Origin: Geosiphon pyriformis uo1 | Taxonomy: Eukaryota; Fungi; Glomeromycota | NCBI GenBank assembly: GCA_016748015.1 | Contig: JAAOMT010000731.1 | Location: 1-55,375, forward strand | Reading direction: 5' to 3' | DNA: 55,375 bases | In this document: positions 13,725 to 26,000 of the stretch, one piece after another | How the letters are laid out: every line of letters begins with the position of its first letter | How positions within the stretch are numbered: the first letter of the stretch is position 1 | Made by a program: the position numbers and the translations under genes | Notes under the pieces: model-generated | Seen by the model: the letters and a program-made list of their open reading frames with translations, nothing else | Database searches by the model: none | Told to the model about the DNA's origin: nothing

Positions 13725-16700
13725 ATAACAGATCTGATATAGAAGTTTGCTATATGCAATATTTGGGGTCTTAATGTTTCTACCAAGCAAGAAGATGTTG
13801 TTTATTGGCATAAAAAATCAGAGAATATGGTTTCAATCATTACAGAAACAAAATTGAGATCTAATATTAGACCATGAATCATAAATAAGTTTGATAGAAT
13901 TTAGGTTTTCACTTCTGGTTTGGATGTGGGTTTTTTTGGTGCTGAGATTGCTATAATTATGAACAATTTTTTGGCTTGTTATGTGTTTAAAGTAGAAAAA
14001 ATTCTTGGTTAGTTGATCTCTATACATCTTCTGTTTAAGAACAAGTTTTTGGTTACAGTTTTAGATCTTTATGCTGGTGTATCTATTGGTGCTTGTTTTG
14101 GCCAAACTGCTGATATCAATTTTATGATCTCTAAAGCAGTCAAATCTAGTTTTTTTATGGTTTTAGGTGGTAATTTTAATGAAAATAGATCCAAAAAAAG
14201 TGCTAGTTTTAAGTTCTGTTTAGATTTAGACCTGATCAATACTTTCAATAAACATTTATTGGCCAAAGCTCCTATTTAGAGCAATTTTAGGAGTGTAAAG
14301 AGGGTGATAAATTTTATTTTTATAAGTGAGAACCTAATGTTTGCAATTGCATTGCATAAAGTTAATAATGTGTCAAGGTTTTTTAATACAAATTATAAGT
14401 CAGTTTCAGTTTTAATTGATTTGAGTGGGCTTCTGAATGTTTGATTTATTAGCACTTATAAGCAGATCAACTGAGACTGATAGAAGTTTAAGTTGAAAAA
14501 TATGGACAAAGTTTATTGGTTGCATTTTAAGGAGTGTTCTTCTACTAAATTTTTGGCCAGATTTAACATATTTGGAGTTGTAAAAGACAATAGTGACTTA
14601 GATATAATGTGAAAAGTGCTAGAAAAAGCCATAGTGCAAGCTGCTATTAGGGTGTTTTCTAAGAGCCAGTATAATGAATATAATTGTTTAAGGAATAAAC
14701 AATCTTTAAAATTTTATAAATTGGAACTGCTTATTGCCAAGATTGTAAAATATAGAAATTCTGAAAATTTTCTGAATTTTGATCATCTTGTTAAAATTTG
14801 GTTAGCTGTTGATAAAGCTAAAACATTTAAGATTATTGACATAGTTTTAAATAGTGTAAGTTTAGTAAATTTGATTAAGCATTTGTCAGTGGTAAGGAAA
14901 AAGTATTGGAAATTTAAGTATTTTGAATTGAAATTAGCTATGGATACTGATATTAGAAAGACTATTAACTATTATATGAAAAATTTCTGTTTTGATAAAG
15001 GACAGATAATAAAGAGTATTTTGGAACATCTATTTCACAAGATTGTTTTGGATTATTTGATTGTGGAGAATAAAATAGTAATTAAGCCTAAAGAGATAAA
15101 GCTCAAGGTTAATGAGATCATAAAAAAATAAATAAAAAAGTGGTTAGTGCTTTCGAGGATATTTGATCTGTGGTTTTGTTAATATATGTCTCTGGATTAT
15201 ATAAATGATGATGTCTTCTCTGGTGTGATAATGAAGATTAATATAAGAAAATTGTCTTTAACTATCAGTAATTTGCTTAATAATAAAGCTGCCAGTTTGT
15301 TTGAAATTCTTAATAAACTTTGAAAACATTGTGATAGAAAGATGTTGGATTGTCTTTTGAAGCTGTTGAATATGTGTTTAACATTTGGTGTGGTTCTAAT
15401 TCCTTGAAAGAGAGCATAAGTTTTAATGATTCCTAAATTTTATAAATGAAATAAAGTTTTGATGAACACTAAGCCTATTGCTTTAATCAAAACAGTCTGA
15501 AAAATTTTATCAAAGATCTTTTTTGATCAAATATCTTTAGCTTGCAGTAAATTTGATGTTTTTTATGGTAATAACTTCTTGGTATTAAAAGATATTTCAA
15601 TCCAGTCTCCTATTTTTGCCATTGGATTAATTGTAAAGAATGTTTTAAAAAAAAATAGAGAGTTCTGGCTTGTGTTACAAGATATATACAAAGCTTATAA
15701 TTTGATAAGCTGGCATTATTTAAAAATTAGCTTGTATTATATCAAAATGTGCAGTTGGTTTATTAAGTTTTTTGGTGACATTTATAAGAACAGAGTTAAT
15801 AGGGTAATAACAGATTTTGGATTTTTGAAAGTTTATAGTGTGCATGATAATTTGGATTAAGGTGAGATTCTTTTTTTACTCCTTTAGAGAATTTTTTATA
15901 ATTTATTTTTGTGCAAAGTTAAGAGACATAAGCACTTGTGCAAATACAGAATTGATACTAAGTTTGTAGCAAAATCTGACAAAATTGAAGCAACTGGTAG
16001 AAAGACTTCTTTTTTGGCTGCTAGTGTCTTTGTTGATAATACAATTTGGATTGGGAGTGGTTAAACTTCCACACAGTATATCCTAAATATTGCTAGTGAG
16101 TTTTTTGTGGTTAATAATATTTCAATAAACAATGATAAAATGGTGGCTATTTTAATTAATCAAAGTATTAAGTCTGCTTTACTGTTAATTAATAGTTTGC
16201 TGATTTCAATTGCCAAAAGAGATAAAATACACAGATACTTGGGCATTTTTTTGTTTACTAAAGGTCTCTTTAAGCTTAATTTGGCTCAAACTTATTTAGA
16301 TATCAGGTTTTTTTCTAATATAGTGCTAAAAAAAACTATCATAAATAAACAATTTTCTTACTTAGTTTCAGCTGTCTTGTAATCAATAATTAGCTATCAA
16401 ACACAATTTAGTTTTGTTTTTTCAAGTGTATACCACAAGTAGGATGTGATGATCAAAAAAAGTCTTAAAGCCAAAACTGGTTTGCTGCATGATTTTCCCA
16501 GTAAGGTTTTATATCATCTGTTTTTGTATGAGTTGAAATCCTTTAAACAAATCTAGTCTGAAAGGAAACTGGCTTTACTAATTTTATTTTCCAATGCTTG
16601 TGGTATTTTTGGGTGTTTGTTTGATCGTAAATTTCTGGATCTGCAAATTGTGAGATAGTTTTCTATAAATTCTTTACAATTTTCTGTCAAGTTATATATT

Positions 16701-18411
16701 AGTCCAATGAATAATTTTTTGGCTGAAGTGATGAAAATTTTTTTGGACAATAAATTATCTTTGGCAAGCAATTTGCCTAATGCTTTCCTTGGATCTAGTA
16801 AATTTCTAATGTCTAGTATCTTGGATTAACCCTTGTATTACAACTCTGTTTTTTTATTAAAACAGTTTAGTGTTGCATTTAGTAACCAATTTCTAAACAA
16901 AAAAGGGAATGTGATGAATTGAAAACCATTTCAGTAGTACAAAAAATTAGACCCAAGAAGTTCTGTGTTTTATTAGTTTACTTTAGTATCTGAGTTTATA
17001 ACCAGGTCTACTTCTTTGGAGATCAAAACTACTGCTATTTCTAAAGTGTCTGTATTAGATGTTTTGGAATCTGAAAAGTTTTTTAATATTCATAATAGTT
17101 TGATAGAAGTTTAGTTGTATCAAGATCTATATAAATGAGTCCCTAAAAGATATTGGTTTCATTAAAATGACTGGTGAAACAGCTGGTTACTTTCCAGTTG
17201 TAGATACAAATATTAAGATTAAGATGACTAGACTTCTGTTTTCTACTTTGACTAAGTTATAAGCTGTTGTATTGGCTTTGAAATGTGTTCTATCTTTGTG
17301 TTCTGTAATTGTGTACTTAGAAAGCCAGTCTGTTATTAATGCCTGTATTTTTAAAACTTCTCTTGCTGTGTCTGATTTCTGTAATTAATGTTGGATTAAA
17401 AAATTGCATATAGTCAATCTTTTTAGAAATAAAAACATTTCTGCTAAATGAATAAAAGTTAAAAGACACTTTGAAGTATCTGGTAATATTAGGGCTGATG
17501 CATTAGCTAGAGAATCCACTTCTTTAACTCTTTTTTTGTCAGTTAAAATTTGGAAAAGATTTTTGGTTGCTGAGAAAACTGCAGTTTCTGGCAATGTTTG
17601 CTATTTTGTTTGTGATTTGTATCAGTCAATTTGCCATGCTCATTGAGAAGTTGGTTTTGGTTTTAATATAGTTTCAAGTATTATAATTAAGGAGATAAAT
17701 TAGAATACCACTTCAAAGATTTGGCACCCTAATTTACACATGCTTGCTGAATTCACGAGTAAAAAATTGGCCAATTTGCATACATATTTGATAAAAGCTA
17801 TATATAGACAGCTGCTGGTTGTAGTCAGGAAGAAACTGTACAACAAAAATTATTCTGGAGTGCTGTGCTTGCTTTGTGGTAAGATGAAGTTGTTCAATCA
17901 TGCTTTTACTTGTTCTGGTAATTCTGGTCTCTGTAGAAACATTTTGATTAAAGCTGCTGAGAAATAGGTGTTATTGTTTGGTCTTTTGTGCTCATTTACT
18001 TCTGCTATTTTACAGTCACTTTCAATGTGTTTCTTGAATGTGAGTTTTTACACAGTTATTTGCAAGAGTTTTGTATTGGAAAGTTGGTACACTAAAGCTG
18101 TTTTAGTCTTTAAAAGGAAAAAAAAAAGCTGTATTGGCTCTTGTTAAATTTGTTAGATTTATAATAAAGTTATATTGCACTAAGGTATAGATTATTAAGT
18201 CTAAACATAAAGTGGATATAGAAAAGACTAAATTGGTTAAGGATGGTGGTATTGTGTTAGGTTTGTCTTGCTATATGAGATCTGTGCTATTAGTTGAAGT
18301 GGTTTGCATGCTTAGTATTATGAACTTTTTGCTATTAGGTTTAATAAACATAAATTGTGTCATTTTTTTTCTGGTTTGAGTGGTAATATATGTGTTTATA
18401 TAGGTATATAG
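13725..18411 (+). pseudogene. LINE ORF2 (endonuclease, reverse transcriptase, RNase H, zinc finger) remnant
   Basis: Motifs listed for the LINE; fragmented ORFs 14013, 14616, 15579, 16107 and 17740 in the track. Confidence 0.88.
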
Positions 18412-19145
18412 TATAGTCCTGTCTGGCCTGAGTGGCTGGTCATATGTAGATAGTATGTAAACTGTATTTAGTTTGTTTTACTTAGTTTGATTCTATGTAT
18501 TAGATAACAATTAGATTTTACTTGTTAATTACATAATAAAAAAATAATAATAAAACTTTTAATAAGTTAATGAATTTTTTTAAAGTATTTTTTATACTTT
18601 AAAAATTATTTATGTTGTTGAACTTATAATATAATGATTAATTTTGTACCAATTATTTTTTGTAATTACTTTATATTAAAAGTTAATTTTTTTGTAAAAA
18701 TTTTTTATTATAGATTTTTTAATAGATTATGTAATTATTTTACTATAAAAGTCAGTTTTTCTACAATATTTTTTAACTATAAGATTCTAATAATTTATAA
18801 TAAATTAAAAACATAATTTTGATAATAATTAAAGATAATTTGTTGCATAAATTCTGTTTAAACTTAAGTAAAAAACTAAATAAACTATTAAAATTAGTAA
18901 ATAGTTAATTTTAAAATATTAATTTTGAATGTTATAAAAATTCAAAAAAATATTTAAGAATTTTTGGGTTTTTTAAAAGAATATTTTTATTTTTTTTGTT
19001 TAATTTGTAATTTGTTATTTAATTCTAAGATTATTAAATATTAAGATATATTTTTTTGAAGAAAAAAGCTCTTCTTTTATATATTTTTGAATAATATTTA
19101 TTTAAGTTCTAGTACTTTTTTTTTTNNNNNNNNNNNNNNNNNNNN

Positions 19146-19451
19146 TTTACTTATAAAGTCCTTTCCATCATCAGAAGACACCGTATTAAGCCGTTCTAAT
19201 AACTTGCCTAATTGATACATGTCCGAAAGAGTTGTGTAGGTATTATTCTCATCACACGTGCCATCATCCCAGTCTGTCAATAAGCTGTCGAATTTTTCGT
19301 TTATTTTACCTCCATGCTCGAAATCAACAAGAACATATTCGTAGCCTTGAGAATTATTCGAATCGTAAATAATATTCGATGAACGAATGTCGCGATGGAC
19401 GAAATCTTTTTCATGAAGTGTCTTCAGTCCAGTTAGCAAACTGCGCGTCAT
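19146..19451 (-). other. 306-bp gap-bounded near-identical copy of the kinase exon segment 20210-20515
   Basis: Identical by eye except C19328 vs T20392; flanked on both sides by 20-N gaps. Confidence 0.9.
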
Positions 19452-20146
19452 NNNNNNNNNNNNNNNNNNNNTAGTTGGTAACAATATATTATAGATAGAT
19501 TAATTTAGCAATTCTCTATATTAATTAATATTTTTATTTAAATATAAAAAACTTAAAATATCTTATATAATTTAACAAAATCTTTTTTAAACAACTTATT
19601 TTAAAAAATACAAAATTTTTTATTTAAGCTTATATTTTAAATATTAATTAAAAATTAACTTAATTATAATATATATTTAACTAAAACTTAAAACTTTGTT
19701 TGTTATTTTCAAAATTAATTTTATTAAACAATTTTACAAATATACTTGTAAAAATAAAATATTTTTTACTTTTTTCTAAACAAATTTTTAATTACATATA
19801 ATATTAATTTAAATTTGTTTAAATAAACAGTCACTAATTTCTATTATAAAACAATATGCATAATTTATATATAAACAAAAAAAAACTTCTATTTTTGTTA
19901 AGCAAAAAGTCTAAAACTGGCATATTTTTTTAACATTTCATACTTCATCAATTCTAAATTTAGCCAGTCTTTTCACTTTTGCCAAAAAAATTCTCAATAA
20001 TGTAATAAGACTACTTACTAATCAAGAATACAGAAAAGTTTCATTTGCTCACATTTTATTTTTATTAATAATATTGTAGCGTCCTAAAGCTACATATACA
20101 TACATTAACAAATAAAGATCAAGTCACCAAATACGTTACTTATAGC

Positions 20147-22209
20147 TCAAATTGAAACAATCCATGGGTGTTGGAGCGCTGCATCTGCTCCCAGCATCTT
20201 TTTTTTTAATTTACTTATAAAGTCCTTTCCATCATCAGAAGACACCGTATTAAGCCGTTCTAATAACTTGCCTAATTGATACATGTCCGAAAGAGTTGTG
20301 TAGGTATTATTCTCATCACACGTGCCATCATCCCAGTCTGTCAATAAGCTGTCGAATTTTTCGTTTATTTTACCTCCATGCTCGAAATCAATAAGAACAT
20401 ATTCGTAGCCTTGAGAATTATTCGAATCGTAAATAATATTCGATGAACGAATGTCGCGATGGACGAAATCTTTTTCATGAAGTGTCTTCAGTCCAGTTAG
20501 CAAACTGCGCGTCATCACTCGTGTTTTTTCCTCGTTTTCCGGTAAGCGTTCAAGGCCGCGTGTCTTCAGTTTGACTGTATATCTCCCTGGACCTTTCCGA
20601 TCGGCTTTAAAGGATGGTGCTTTGAAGATCTGAACGACCTTTGGCAAGCTCGTACATGTCCTTTAATGTATCAACACGTTTGCAGTCCTTCTCTAAGCCA
20701 TAGAGTTCACTCTCCGGAACAACTTTCTCGACATGGTCTTCAAAGAAAGTAATTGTAGAATGTCCGAGGTCCAGTGACTTACCGAGAGGGATTACTTTAG
20801 CAGGGAAGGCATTCTTTGTGATCATGGTTTTAAGGATACGAACAATATTGATGCATATCTTGACAGATGTGTATCGAGCTTTGAGATCATACAGGTAAAA
20901 ATCTGTGGACAGTGGAACCAACGTCTTGCTGGGACCATCAATTGCATAAAAGCACATAATGTCATTTGCTACAGCAAAACAAATTAAAAATTGAATATTC
21001 CCGAAATATAATGGATCGAGCTTGCTAAACTTGGATATGAGCTCTTCTTTGGCAGGTTCAAGATCGATTCGTGCAGCCTTCTCTTCATTTTTTATCACTA
21101 CTACATCTTTAACATATCCAAGAAGATCAGGTCTAGTCTTTTTTCTTGTCGCTGGATTGCTTTTTGATTTCGTTGTATATCTCCTTAGAAAACAAAGTGT
21201 AAAATTAATGTTAGACATGGAAACAAAAACTAATAAACACCAAGAACAGAATACAAAATGAAAACATACTGCTCAGTCGCGTTACGGGAAAATTCGATTT
21301 GAAAATCAGAGTTACTGCAAAGTAATCTCAGGAGTTGTATGATTAAAATATCCACATACGCAACCAGCTCTATTTCGGTTTTAATTTGGGTAAACCTCGT
21401 CTCAGAGAGGGCAGCCTTGATCACTGATGCTAATTCACTCGCCCTATCTATTTCATCATAATAGATACAGTCATCAAGTTCTCGAAACTGGCATTTGTCA
21501 AAATAAGATAATATTGTCAATTATGAATAGATTAAGAACAGCTAATATGAAAATCAACGTCATACTTTTCCTAAGTCCGAGTATAAACACACGGGAAGCT
21601 TTGCAAGAAGAGGCGTATTAATGAGGTCCACCAACTGGTCAGCATGAGTTGGCATAATATCAAATGGCTGAATGAGGTTTTCACATAGAAACTTAGTCTT
21701 GTCGCGCTCTATTGTTCAAATTGTTAAAAACTGGGGAGGCTATCAACATTAACGTATAAATCTGTGTTAAAATGTACAATACCGCTGCGTGGTCTTTTGG
21801 AGGACGTTCGAGTTCTGCAAGTGAAACAACATTCAAGAACGTTGAAGTTGCGAGTGCAACACACATGAATCAGTTATTACCCAAAGTCATAAACTCTGTC
21901 CCCAACATTCAAGTCACAAGTCACGAAGTCGTTACCTATCTTAGTTATTTCCATCAAAGAATTTTGTAGTTTTTGCACCTGCGCCTTCCACTCATCCTTC
22001 TCTATCTCCAGTTTTTTCTTCACTTCTTCTAGCCTCTTCAATAGGTCCTCCTTTTCGGTGAGCTCTTCTTCTTCATACAGCTTGTCCTCCAACATCTTCA
22101 GTTTCTGCCCACGTTTCCCCTCTTCAAAATTCTTCAATGCAGCCTTTGCTTCATTCAGCTGGTTCTCAGCCTTTGCCAACTGGTCCTCAATTTTTTCGAC
22201 AGTCGCCAT
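20147..22209 (-). CDS. Crinkler (CRN)-like multi-exon gene: N-terminal coiled coil, PD-(D/E)xK REase-like domain, C-terminal protein kinase; apparent frameshift near 20625-20640
   Basis: ATG at 22209, coiled coil to a GT donor at 21935; further GT..AG introns near 21575-21490 and 21270-21185; RPDLLGY..KNEEK motif; kinase VHRDIRSSNI, LIDFE, SDMYQLG, ALQHPW; CpG-rich and unmutated. Exon boundaries between 21935 and 21710 are uncertain. Confidence 0.8.
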
Positions 22210-22481
22210 TTTTTTAGTTTGTTTGTGTGGGAGGACGTGATGCTTATATACTAATGCTGATCAGTGGCTTAATCAATGACGTACGGTATCAGGAACATTC
22301 TAGATCTTTTCCATTTTATGTAGCGTGACCAATGATAAAAAAACTCGCGATTGTCGAAGTTTTTATTATAAGAACACAATAAATATTGCTAATTGTTTAA
22401 AATTAAACAAGCACTCTAAAGACATCAAATATTGCACCACTGCTGAAATTCTCGACATAGTATATTGGGGGGGGGGGGGGG

Positions 22482-22823
22482 NNNNNNNNNNNNNNNNNNN
22501 NNNNNNNNNNNNNNNNNNNNNNNNNNNNNNNNNNNNNNNNNNNNNNNNNNNNNNNNNNNNNNNNNNNNNNNNNNNNNNNNNNNNNNNNNNNNNNNNNNNN
22601 NNNNNNNNNNNNNNNNNNNNNNNNNNNNNNNNNNNNNNNNNNNNNNNNNNNNNNNNNNNNNNNNNNNNNNNNNNNNNNNNNNNNNNNNNNNNNNNNNNNN
22701 NNNNNNNNNNNNNNNNNNNNNNNNNNNNNNNNNNNNNNNNNNNNNNNNNNNNNNNNNNNNNNNNNNNNNNNNNNNNNNNNNNNNNNNNNNNNNNNNNNNN
22801 NNNNNNNNNNNNNNNNNNNNNNN
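22482..22823. other. Assembly gap preceded by a poly-G run
   Basis: 342 Ns. Confidence 1.
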
Positions 22824-23099
22824 GTTTTACTATTATTATATTTTCAAATTTGTAAAAAAATTAAATATTTGATTTAATATTATTTTATTCAAATTAAAAT
22901 TTTTATAATTATTAAGCATGATAAAAACTTATAAATTATAACTTTGCTTATATTAAAATATAATATTATTTAATTATAACAATATTTTAAAGAATATACC
23001 AAAACAATAAACAAAAAACATTTAAAAATAAATTTTTATATTAAATTTAATATGAAAAACTCTTTTTTTTGTCAATTCTTTGTCTATAATAAGAGCAAA

Positions 23100-26000
23100 A
23101 AAAAATTTTTTGAAGTTTTAGTTATTTTTTTCTCTTTTCTCTTTTGTATCTCTTTTAATTATTTCTTTTAGCTCATCTCTTTTTGTTATAATGAATTCAG
23201 TGAGCACTTTTGCTGATAATTTTGGTTCAAGCTTGGCTGGTTTAAGAATCTGCTCAAGTATAAAAAAGAAATAAGTAAAGAGTGTTTACTTATATAGTAT
23301 ATCTTATAAAAAACCAAAGAAGTCTGTTGTGAGCATCAGTGTAATTGACTCATCTGCTGGTTTTTTGAATTTCAAAAATATTGGTGCTTTTAATAGAAAG
23401 CCTATAGTATTATGGGGCAGCAAAGCTGATAGCATTAGCAGTCTTTTAAACATAAAAAATACAAGAAACTTAATTGCTGAGAAAATAAGCTATACTGATT
23501 TGAATAATTCAGTAGTCAAAAATGTTATAAATAATACAATGCCACAGAAAACTTGCATTTACACATATGTATTAAGTCACCTACTAAAATTTCTTTTATT
23601 TGCAGATTTAAGCAATGACAATAATATTTTAAAGCTTCTGTTATCTAAGTTTGATGGTTTTATGCAACTTCTATTAACTAGATTATGTGTTTCAGAAAAA
23701 TAGAGTTTCGAATTGGTAAAATTGTTTGTATTGAATATTGAGTTGTCTGCTGTTTTTAGCAAAACTATTAATAATAAACTACTGTATATGAAAATTTTTT
23801 TTTATCATGTAGATAGTTTTAGAAGAGCTTCTATTTCCTCAAAATTTTTAGAAATAATCAAATCTTTTTTTACATCTAAGTTAAGTTTAAAAAAAATTAG
23901 GAAGATGGCTGTTAATAAAAAATTTTTAATTAATAATAATGTAAGAAAAATAAATAACTGCATGGATTGAAAAGTAATTGTCAAGAAGATTTCAATCAAT
24001 CTTTCCAAATCAGTAATAAAGTTGGTTTTTTCCAAATTTGGTAAAATTATTTCAATTAAGTTATAGTTAATTGGTCTTTGGCAGAAGACTTTAATAGAAT
24101 TTGAATTATCAGATATTGCTTGTTTGATTACTTCCAAATAGTTAATTCTTATAAGAAAAAACTTTGTGCATATAACTTTAGTGATTAATGATAAACAATT
24201 GTAAATATCAAGAAATTAACATTAGACTTTATTGTATACTTTGCCTATTGATACTATTGTGCAAAATCTCTCTAATTTGCTGGATTTTTATGATGAGAAA
24301 ATCTGCTTTATTGGCCATAATCCAAATTTATATGTGCATGATAGATGTACAATAATTTGTTTTTTTAATAAGACATTCAAGTTGGCTGTTATTGGTTCTG
24401 TTCTGATTTTTAATGGTGTAAATTTGCATTGGACTGGTCTATCTTTGGCTTGCTGTATGCAATACAAACAGTTTAGTTATGTTTCTAGTGTATGTTTTAA
24501 GGGTAAAAATCTTGATGTTTGTGGTAAAGTATATGGTATCTTTTTAGAATCAAACTTGTTTAGTTATTATATATAAAAAAAAACAGATACCAATTGTTTG
24601 TCCAATGTCTTTTAATAATAAAACTTGAACCCAAGTTGTTAATGGCTCTATTTCTTATATGGTGCTTTTGATTTCTTCCAGTGCTAATTCATCTTCAGAT
24701 ATTAAACTTCTTACACTAATTTCTTTGGAAATAAATAATAAGTTTACCACTCTTAAGTACAGTTTTGCCAGTCTTGCAGAGAAGGTAAATAAACTGGCTA
24801 AAAAATTGAATATACTTGGACCAATGGTTTTTTAGTCTAGTCTTAAATGTTAGCCATTGGTAATTCCTTTATTACAAAGTCAAAAGATAGATATAGTAAT
24901 AAGTAAGAGTTTGGGTATAGCCACTAGTAATGGGACTGTTGTGGAAGTGATAAGTTTTGATTCTTTGGCTGTTTTGAGACTTGAAGTAACTTTGAACAGT
25001 TTATCAAACACAGTTATAGACCTAATAGCCAAATTAGACAATGTTGGTTTGAGTGTAAATACTTTTTTTTTTAATGACAGATTTAGTTTGGAAAATAGTT
25101 ATGTGCAATATATGGAGTATTAATGTCTCTGTTAAGCAAATGAATATTATTTGTTTGCATAAAAATATGAACAATTTGATTTCAATAGTTATTAAAACAA
25201 AGCTGAAGAAAAAAGTCTACCTATAAATTGCTGACAAGTTTGCTGGTGTATATATGCTCACTTCTAAATTGGACTCTGATTATCTGAGTTCTGGTGTTGC
25301 AATTATTATAAACATTGATTTGGCAAGACATGTATACAAAATTTTGGAAGTTTCTAATAGATTTTTGTTTATTAAGCTGCTTTTTAAGAATAAGTTATCT
25401 GGTTCAATTTTAAGGCTATATACTAATGCCACTTTGGCTGTATATTTGTTTTAAGTTGGTAAGATCAATTTTTTGATTGTGAAGACTGTGAATGAATCTT
25501 CTTTTGTCATCTTGAGTGGAAATTTTAATCAAGATAATTTGCACAAGTGTGCTAGTTTTAAGAAATGCCTTGATTTGGAGTTGGTCAATTTTTTGTCAAA
25601 AAGTTTGGTTGTAAAAAGTTCTACATAAAAAAATTCAAAAAATGCTAAAAAGATGATTAATTATGTGGTTGTTTTTTCAAATTTGGTTAATACAGTAGTA
25701 TATTATAATGTTTTAAATGTTAATAGACATTTTGACACTAATTACTGAGTTGTTTTTGTGTCTGTAAGTTTAAGTGAATTATTAAATACACAATTAAACT
25801 TTTTTTGCGAACAAGTGAATAGAAATTGTTGGAAGTTTGACATTAAAAGTGCTGATAAAGCAAAGTAATGCAAGTTCAAAAAGTCTATAACAGCTAATAC
25901 AGCAATGTTTTCTGGTAAGTTTGTTGTGTCTAAGAGATTTTCAAATTTGAATACTATATAGAATACAGTTTGCAAAGTAATATGTTTTTTAGCGAATGAA

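Larger units (their letters stand above)
10863..18526 (+). mobile_element. LINE-1 of window: apparently full-length non-LTR retrotransposon (ORF1 Zn knuckle; ORF2 APE-RT-RNase H-CCHC), mutated; clade uncertain (L1/Tad1-like)
   Basis: APE start (W)KFAICNIWGLN ~13740, ETKL ~13845, GGNFNE ~14165; RT PIALI ~15475 and FVDN (FVDD) ~16030; RNase H IYINESL (VYTDGSL) ~17126 and GNIRADALA ~17482; CLLCG..H...C ~17865. Flanked by 16-bp direct repeat AATTACATAATAAAAA (10847-10862, 18527-18542). Confidence 0.92.

Noticed and set aside
13725-18411. Alternative genetic code or stop read-through explaining the many in-frame stops
   Set aside because: Stops differ between sibling copies and are the products expected from C-to-T/G-to-A changes; the host gene uses the standard code.
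22325-22872. ORFs 22325..22855, 22465..22872 and 19098..19484
   Set aside because: Artefacts of translation through N gaps.
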